Shown here one piece after another: positions 7,762 to 11,995 of a stretch of DNA of 11,995 nt. Positions within the stretch are counted from its first letter, which is position 1. Each line of letters opens with the position of its first letter. The notes beneath the pieces are model-generated. The model was given only the letters and a program-made list of their open reading frames with translations. It did no database searches and was not told where the DNA came from. A program made the position numbers and the translations under genes. This stretch comes from an uncultured bacterium. Its GTDB lineage: Bacteria > Abyssobacteria > SURF-5. The DNA lies in the NCBI GenBank assembly GCA_964510165.1, contig CAZEBC010000080.1, positions 1 through 11,995 of the forward strand, written 5' to 3'.

Positions 7762-9072
7762 ATGACTACGGTCAAAGCCAGTCGTGAGTTTGTCGCACAG
7801 AATACTCCACGGTCATCCGAGGGCTGGGGATATCTCGCGCAATTGAGCTTCAACTATTTCGGTTGGCTGTTTTGCTGGACGGTTGCCGCGTCGTACATGG
7901 TGCCGAACACACTGCTGAGGATGGTGGACGATGCCGAGAAGAACACGCGCTTCGGGCTGATGGTCGGCGTTTCGAACGTGTTCATGCTTGTCGTGATCCC
8001 GCTGGCCGGCACGTTGAGCGATCGCCTGCGCTGGCGGCTGGGCCGCCGCCGCTCGTTTTATCTGCCATCGGCGCTTGCAGTGGGTGCGCTGATCTTTCTC
8101 GTGGTTCGGTGCCGGTATTATTCTGCGCTGTTTGTGCTGATGATGCTGATGCACGGAACGTATGCCTGCTGGTTTCCCAACTACGCGTTGCTCCGGGATG
8201 TCGTTCCACTCAACCGCAGAGGCCGCATATCGGGCTTGGCCAACATCACGAGCACGTTGGGGATAATAGTCGGACACACCATATCGCCGTATTTCATCGC
8301 AAAGGGACAGATGCTGGCGCTGGCGTTGATCGCCGGCTCGGCGAATCTATTGGCCAATCTGTGGGTAGCGCTCAAGATACGGGAGGAGTCTCCTGTCGAG
8401 CAGGTGCCCCGCAAGAGCTTTTCGTTGAAGGAAGCGTATGTTCCAAAGCTGGAGGGAGCGAGCAGCCTGGGCTGGCTGGCGGCAGTGAACCTGCTCACCC
8501 AGATGGGGGCCGTCGCAATGCTGTGCTTCCTTCTGTATTTCGTGAAGGACCAGATCGACAAAACCCATTTTAATGAAACATATCGCAACGCCAATCTGAT
8601 CGGAGCGGGCGCGGGCGTGTGTTCCGCAATTGCGGCGGGGTGGGTGGCCGACCGATTCGGGCGAAAGCGCGTGTTGCTCGTGGCCTGCATACTCCAAATC
8701 GCCTGCATGGTTATTTATTTCTTTCTTCCATGGGTTAGCACGACACTGTATTGCTCGGCATTTCTGTTCGGGCTGGGCAACGCCGCGTATTGGAGCATTT
8801 ACTGGGCGTTGCTCTCGGACCTGGTTCCCGAAGGCGAGACGAGCAAATACATGGCCCTGATCCAATACACGAGCATTCTGCCGTGGGCGGTCGTGCCCGC
8901 TGTGCTCGGGCCGGTTGTGGACGGCTTCGGGGCAGCATCGGGGCAAGGTTATAAGGTTCTCTTCATCACGATAATCGTCATACTGACGCTGGGTCTGCTG
9001 CTGATCCCAAGGATACCGGAGACGCTGAAGAAGGGTGAGCCGAAAGCCTTTTCTCCAGCAGTCGGCGTTTGA
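7762..9072 (+). CDS. MFS transporter, probably sugar/glycoside type (436 aa)
   Basis: About 12 hydrophobic segments; motif A copies GTLSDRLRWRLGRRR (extended form seen in GPH/SLC45-like carriers) and GWVADRFGRKR; GGAGG at 7745-7749 favours ATG 7762 over the track start 7684, which lies in the promoter/leader. Confidence 0.88.
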   Translation: MTTVKASREFVAQNTPRSSEGWGYLAQLSFNYFGWLFCWTVAASYMVPNTLLRMVDDAEKNTRFGLMVGVSNVFMLVVIPLAGTLSDRLRWRLGRRRSFYLPSALAVGALIFLVVRCRYYSALFVLMMLMHGTYACWFPNYALLRDVVPLNRRGRISGLANITSTLGIIVGHTISPYFIAKGQMLALALIAGSANLLANLWVALKIREESPVEQVPRKSFSLKEAYVPKLEGASSLGWLAAVNLLTQMGAVAMLCFLLYFVKDQIDKTHFNETYRNANLIGAGAGVCSAIAAGWVADRFGRKRVLLVACILQIACMVIYFFLPWVSTTLYCSAFLFGLGNAAYWSIYWALLSDLVPEGETSKYMALIQYTSILPWAVVPAVLGPVVDGFGAASGQGYKVLFITIIVILTLGLLLIPRIPETLKKGEPKAFSPAVGV

Positions 9073-9137
9073 GATACACGCGGGCACGTTGACGGGAATA
9101 CATTTGGAGAGGCATAAGTTGACGAGGAGAACGACTC

Positions 9138-10046
9138 ATGGCGGTTGATGTGGTCGGCGTGGGACTTGCGGTTGTGGACCTGAAGGTCACGGTCTCGAGC
9201 ATTCCTCAGATCGAGGAGACCGTGCTGGCGTTTGATTTTCACAAGCATCATGGAGGGCCGGTCGGCAATGCTCTCGTGGCGTTACAACGGCTCGGAATGA
9301 AGACGCAGTATATGGGCATGCTCGGGAACGACGAGTACGGCAGGCTCATCGCCGATGGGATGAAGGCTGAGGGTATCGACACGAGCCTGCTGCGCATGGC
9401 AGACGGCGAAAACACTCCATTCTCGATTGTGATGGTCGACGCCTCCACCAAGAAGCGCTCCATCGCGTTCCACGCCGGCTGCGCGCTGTCGGTTCCCGCA
9501 GAGTGCGTAGATACCGAAGTTGTCAAGTCAGCCAAATTGCTCCATGTGGATTTTTGCACGCCTGCCGTACGCGCCGCATGCGAGGCGGCACGGGATGCTG
9601 GGATTCCCATCTCGGTTGACGCGGACGGACTGTACCCCGGGCTGGAGGAGATTCTCGATATGGCGACCATCTTCGTCCCAGCCCGAGAGATAGCCTCTCA
9701 ACTTGTGGGCGAGGATGATCCCGCTAAGGCCGCCGAACTCATCCGAGAAAAGTACAACCTCGAAGTGGTGACCGTCACGCGCGGGAAAGAGGGCAGCGTC
9801 AGCGTGACGCCGGAGGGAACCGTCAGCGCGCCAGGCTTCGAGATCGAGGCGGTTGACACGACGGGGGCCGGCGGCGTATATCAAGGGGCGTATTTGTACG
9901 GCTATCTGAACAGGTGGCCCGTCGAGCGCACAGCCCGCTTCGCGAACGCGGCCGCCGCGCTCATGTGCTCCGGCATGAACGGCTGGGCCGATATCCCGAC
10001 GCGGTACAAGGTTGAAGCGTTTCTGAAAGAGCGCGGCGCCGAATAG
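9138..10046 (+). CDS. PfkB/ribokinase-family carbohydrate kinase with a non-canonical catalytic motif (302 aa)
   Basis: VVGVGLAVVD, GGPVGNALVALQRLG, GMLGNDEYG, VTVTRGKEGS, AVDTTGAGGVY, ANAAAAL; GAGGAG RBS 9124-9129. Confidence 0.9.
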   Translation: MAVDVVGVGLAVVDLKVTVSSIPQIEETVLAFDFHKHHGGPVGNALVALQRLGMKTQYMGMLGNDEYGRLIADGMKAEGIDTSLLRMADGENTPFSIVMVDASTKKRSIAFHAGCALSVPAECVDTEVVKSAKLLHVDFCTPAVRAACEAARDAGIPISVDADGLYPGLEEILDMATIFVPAREIASQLVGEDDPAKAAELIREKYNLEVVTVTRGKEGSVSVTPEGTVSAPGFEIEAVDTTGAGGVYQGAYLYGYLNRWPVERTARFANAAAALMCSGMNGWADIPTRYKVEAFLKERGAE

Positions 10047-10059
10047 TAGCGCAGGCTTC

Positions 10060-10103
10060 TCCCGCCTGGGCGGGACAAAGCGATTGTTCTGAAAATCCCG
10101 CCC
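10060..10103. terminator. GC-rich hairpin(s) between convergent genes, possible terminator
   Basis: TCCCGC-CTGG-GCGGGA (10060-10075); GGGCGGGA (10068-10075) can alternatively pair with TCCCGCCC (10096-10103). No clean U-tract. Confidence 0.3.
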
Positions 10104-10293
10104 CGAAAAAGGCAGGCAAGATGTCTGCGCTGCCGGGACGGCGGCGCTATTGCTTATACAGCCACCACCAGTCGCTGTTGACGATGGAACGCGGTTCGGC
10201 GTCCAAATCCACCCCACGCAATTCTTGAATCTCAGAATGCTATGGCGACGTTTTGTCCCATTCCCACTTTGCACGTAGTGGCGGTCGGGACTA

Positions 10294-10539
10294 TCACTTG
10301 CCGACCACAGGTTTGCCCTTGGCGCCGCCGAAGCGGTACCATTCATCATCCCACAAATAATTGCCGTTCAAATCCAAGAACCAGTACCCAGCGTTAAACA
10401 CGCCGATATCATCGAGGCCATCACCGTTCCAGTCTCCAACAACGGGGGTATCACCGACTCCTCCAAGACCGTACCATCCATCATCCGGCAACGCGCCTGC
10501 CTTCGCGCCCTCCAGATGAAACCACATATCGTGCTCCAT
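10294..10539 (-). CDS. Small FG-GAP/VCBS-like repeat protein or gene remnant (77-81 aa; possible start at 10527)
   Basis: GDTPVVGDWNGDGLDDIGVF...WFLDLNGN Ca-binding blade motif plus second repeat WYRFGGAKGKPVVGK; GGAG 6 nt before ATG 10527; in-frame upstream stop at 10597-10599; no signal peptide. Confidence 0.65.
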   Translation of the reverse strand: MEHDMWFHLEGAKAGALPDDGWYGLGGVGDTPVVGDWNGDGLDDIGVFNAGYWFLDLNGNYLWDDEWYRFGGAKGKPVVGK

Positions 10540-10593
10540 CCTTTCAGTGAAAAAACATCTTATGTTGTACAGGCTCTTGCCAACAGCGACACC

Positions 10594-10623
10594 AACTTAG
10601 TCATATGGTTATTTGTTTGTCAA
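10594..10623 (-). promoter_or_regulatory. possible promoter for the small repeat ORF
   Basis: Minus strand TTGACA (10623-10618), 18 bp AT-rich spacer, TAAGTT (10599-10594). Confidence 0.35.
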
Positions 10624-10705
10624 GATTGCCCTATAGCCGTTCTGGTTTGGTGTCTTGCTGGACCACAGGGCGCGGAATCCTACATTACGGGTGCCGCTTC
10701 CCGCT

Positions 10706-11995
10706 TCACTTGCGGATCATTCCTACGGAGTTCTTGTCGGCGCCGATAACCTCGACGGTGAAGCGGGCGCGGGAACGGCCGATCTTGACCATGTGCGTGC
10801 CGTGGGAGGCGGTGTATTCAATTGGGACACGCTCGTCGTCAACCGGCGCGATGAAACTCGACTGCCCGTTTGATTCGAATGGGGCGATACGAACGTCAAC
10901 GGCATCCGTCGGGCGCTCGCCCACGTAATTCATGACCGGTCCCATGGGCACAATGCCGCCCTCGCGGATGTAAAGCGGTAGGGTTTCGATGTCGGCCTCC
11001 ACCTGTATCCATCGCTCTCCCCGGAGGCGTTCGCCGGTCCACCAGTCGGTCCAGACTCCCTTCGGCAGATAGACCCAGCGCCGGTCGGTTTCGTCGGTTA
11101 TCGGGGCGACGAGCAAGGAATCGCCGAAAAGGTACTCGTTGCCGATGTTCCACACGTTGGGGTCGTCCTGGTACTCGATGACGAGCGCGCGCGCCATGGG
11201 GAGCGACCGCTCAACGCACGCGATGGCCGAACCATAAATGTACGGCAGCAGGCGGTAGCGAAGCCGGATGTAATCGCGACAGATTCGGAATGTGTCGGGC
11301 CCGAAGGAATATATCTCTCGGTCTCCGAACCCGTGGATGCGGCTGTGGGACAGGAAACAGCCGAACTGCATCCAGCGAGTCAGCAGCCGGTCTTCCGTCT
11401 CCCAGATGAATCCGCCGATATCCTGACTCCAGAACTGGAAGCCGGAGAGCCCGAAGGAGAGGCCTCCTTCGAGTTGTGGGATTATGTTGGCCCAGTTCGC
11501 GCTGTTGTCGCCGCCCCAATGGAGCGGATAGCGCTGGCTGCCGGCCCACGCAGAACGCGCCCAGATGGTGGAGTGTCCGGCTACTTCTTTCGTCACTTCG
11601 GCCATTATCTTGTTATAGAGCAATGGATAGAGATTATGCGCCTGATGACCGGGCGTGCCATCGTAGTATACGCCGTCGCTGGGGGCGTCCTCGCCGAAGT
11701 CGACCTTTATCACTTTCGCGCCCATTTTCAACAGCCTGCCGATCCATTTCTTGTGTATCTCAACCGCTCTGGGATTCGTGTAGTCAATGCATCCGACGGC
11801 TCCCTTGAATCCCGGCGTGATGCAAAGGCCGTGATCGTACATTTCGCCGGAATGGTTCCTGATGAACGCGCCGGCTTCCTTCAACTCATCAAACAGGCGA
11901 GAGCCCTCGGGGATGTAGGGAAGCTGCCACAGGGACACCTTGAATCCGAGTTTGGCGAGTTCGGCGAACATTCCTTCTGGGTCGGGGAAACGGTC
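10706..11995 (-). CDS. Glycoside hydrolase family 31, alpha-xylosidase YicI-like; 5' end lies beyond the window
   Basis: Frame stays open to the window edge (DRFPDPEG precedes the tracked Met); IDYTNP, nucleophile motif KVDFGE (11690-11707), HNLYPLLY, WARSAWAGSQRYPLHWGGD (acid/base Asp, 11507-11518), WSQDIGGF, RWMQFG, HSRIHG, RYRLLPYIY, YLFGDSLLVAP. Confidence 0.92.
   Translation of the reverse strand, partial: DRFPDPEGMFAELAKLGFKVSLWQLPYIPEGSRLFDELKEAGAFIRNHSGEMYDHGLCITPGFKGAVGCIDYTNPRAVEIHKKWIGRLLKMGAKVIKVDFGEDAPSDGVYYDGTPGHQAHNLYPLLYNKIMAEVTKEVAGHSTIWARSAWAGSQRYPLHWGGDNSANWANIIPQLEGGLSFGLSGFQFWSQDIGGFIWETEDRLLTRWMQFGCFLSHSRIHGFGDREIYSFGPDTFRICRDYIRLRYRLLPYIYGSAIACVERSLPMARALVIEYQDDPNVWNIGNEYLFGDSLLVAPITDETDRRWVYLPKGVWTDWWTGERLRGERWIQVEADIETLPLYIREGGIVPMGPVMNYVGERPTDAVDVRIAPFESNGQSSFIAPVDDERVPIEYTASHGTHMVKIGRSRARFTVEVIGADKNSVGMIRK

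Noticed and set aside
10294-10296. TGA recoding (Trp or Sec) at the end of the mini-gene
   Set aside because: TGA is clearly used as stop in the coupled genes of this window; no in-frame TGA in either redoxin active site.
9528-10349. 273-aa minus-strand ORF and other long alternative-frame ORFs (927-1619, 3344-4108, 5823-6524, 7863-8573, 8347-9087)
   Set aside because: They overlap well-supported genes and show no recognisable domain motifs.
7762-11995. Sulfoglycolysis (yihO/yihV/yihQ-like) cluster
   Set aside because: GH31 motifs are YicI-like (KVDFGE, WGGD) rather than sulfoquinovosidase-like (WMADFGE, WAGD); no isomerase, aldolase or reductase in view.

Overview
GC-rich bacterial chromosomal window. 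Left to right: tRNA-Val(TAC) on the minus strand, divergent from a PhoB/PhoR-like two-component pair; glutaredoxin 3 (minus); a compact, translationally coupled four-gene operon with its own near-consensus sigma70 promoter, encoding an (alpha/alpha)-barrel prenyltransferase/squalene-oxidase-repeat protein, an AAC(3)/YokD-family N-acyltransferase, a long FkbH-type glyceryl-ACP synthase and an acyl carrier protein; a second small CPYC glutaredoxin/GST-N-like gene (minus); an MFS sugar-type transporter preceded by a strong leader hairpin; a PfkB kinase whose catalytic GAGD Asp is replaced by Gly; a small two-repeat FG-GAP-like ORF; and the 3' part of a GH31 (YicI-like) glycosidase running off the right edge. 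The best candidate for an undescribed system is the FkbH-ACP-AAC(3)-barrel cassette, which looks like a stand-alone glyceryl(acyl)-ACP-dependent N-acylation module with no PKS, KAS III or MBOAT partner in the operon. All calls come from motif recognition by eye; no database searches were run.
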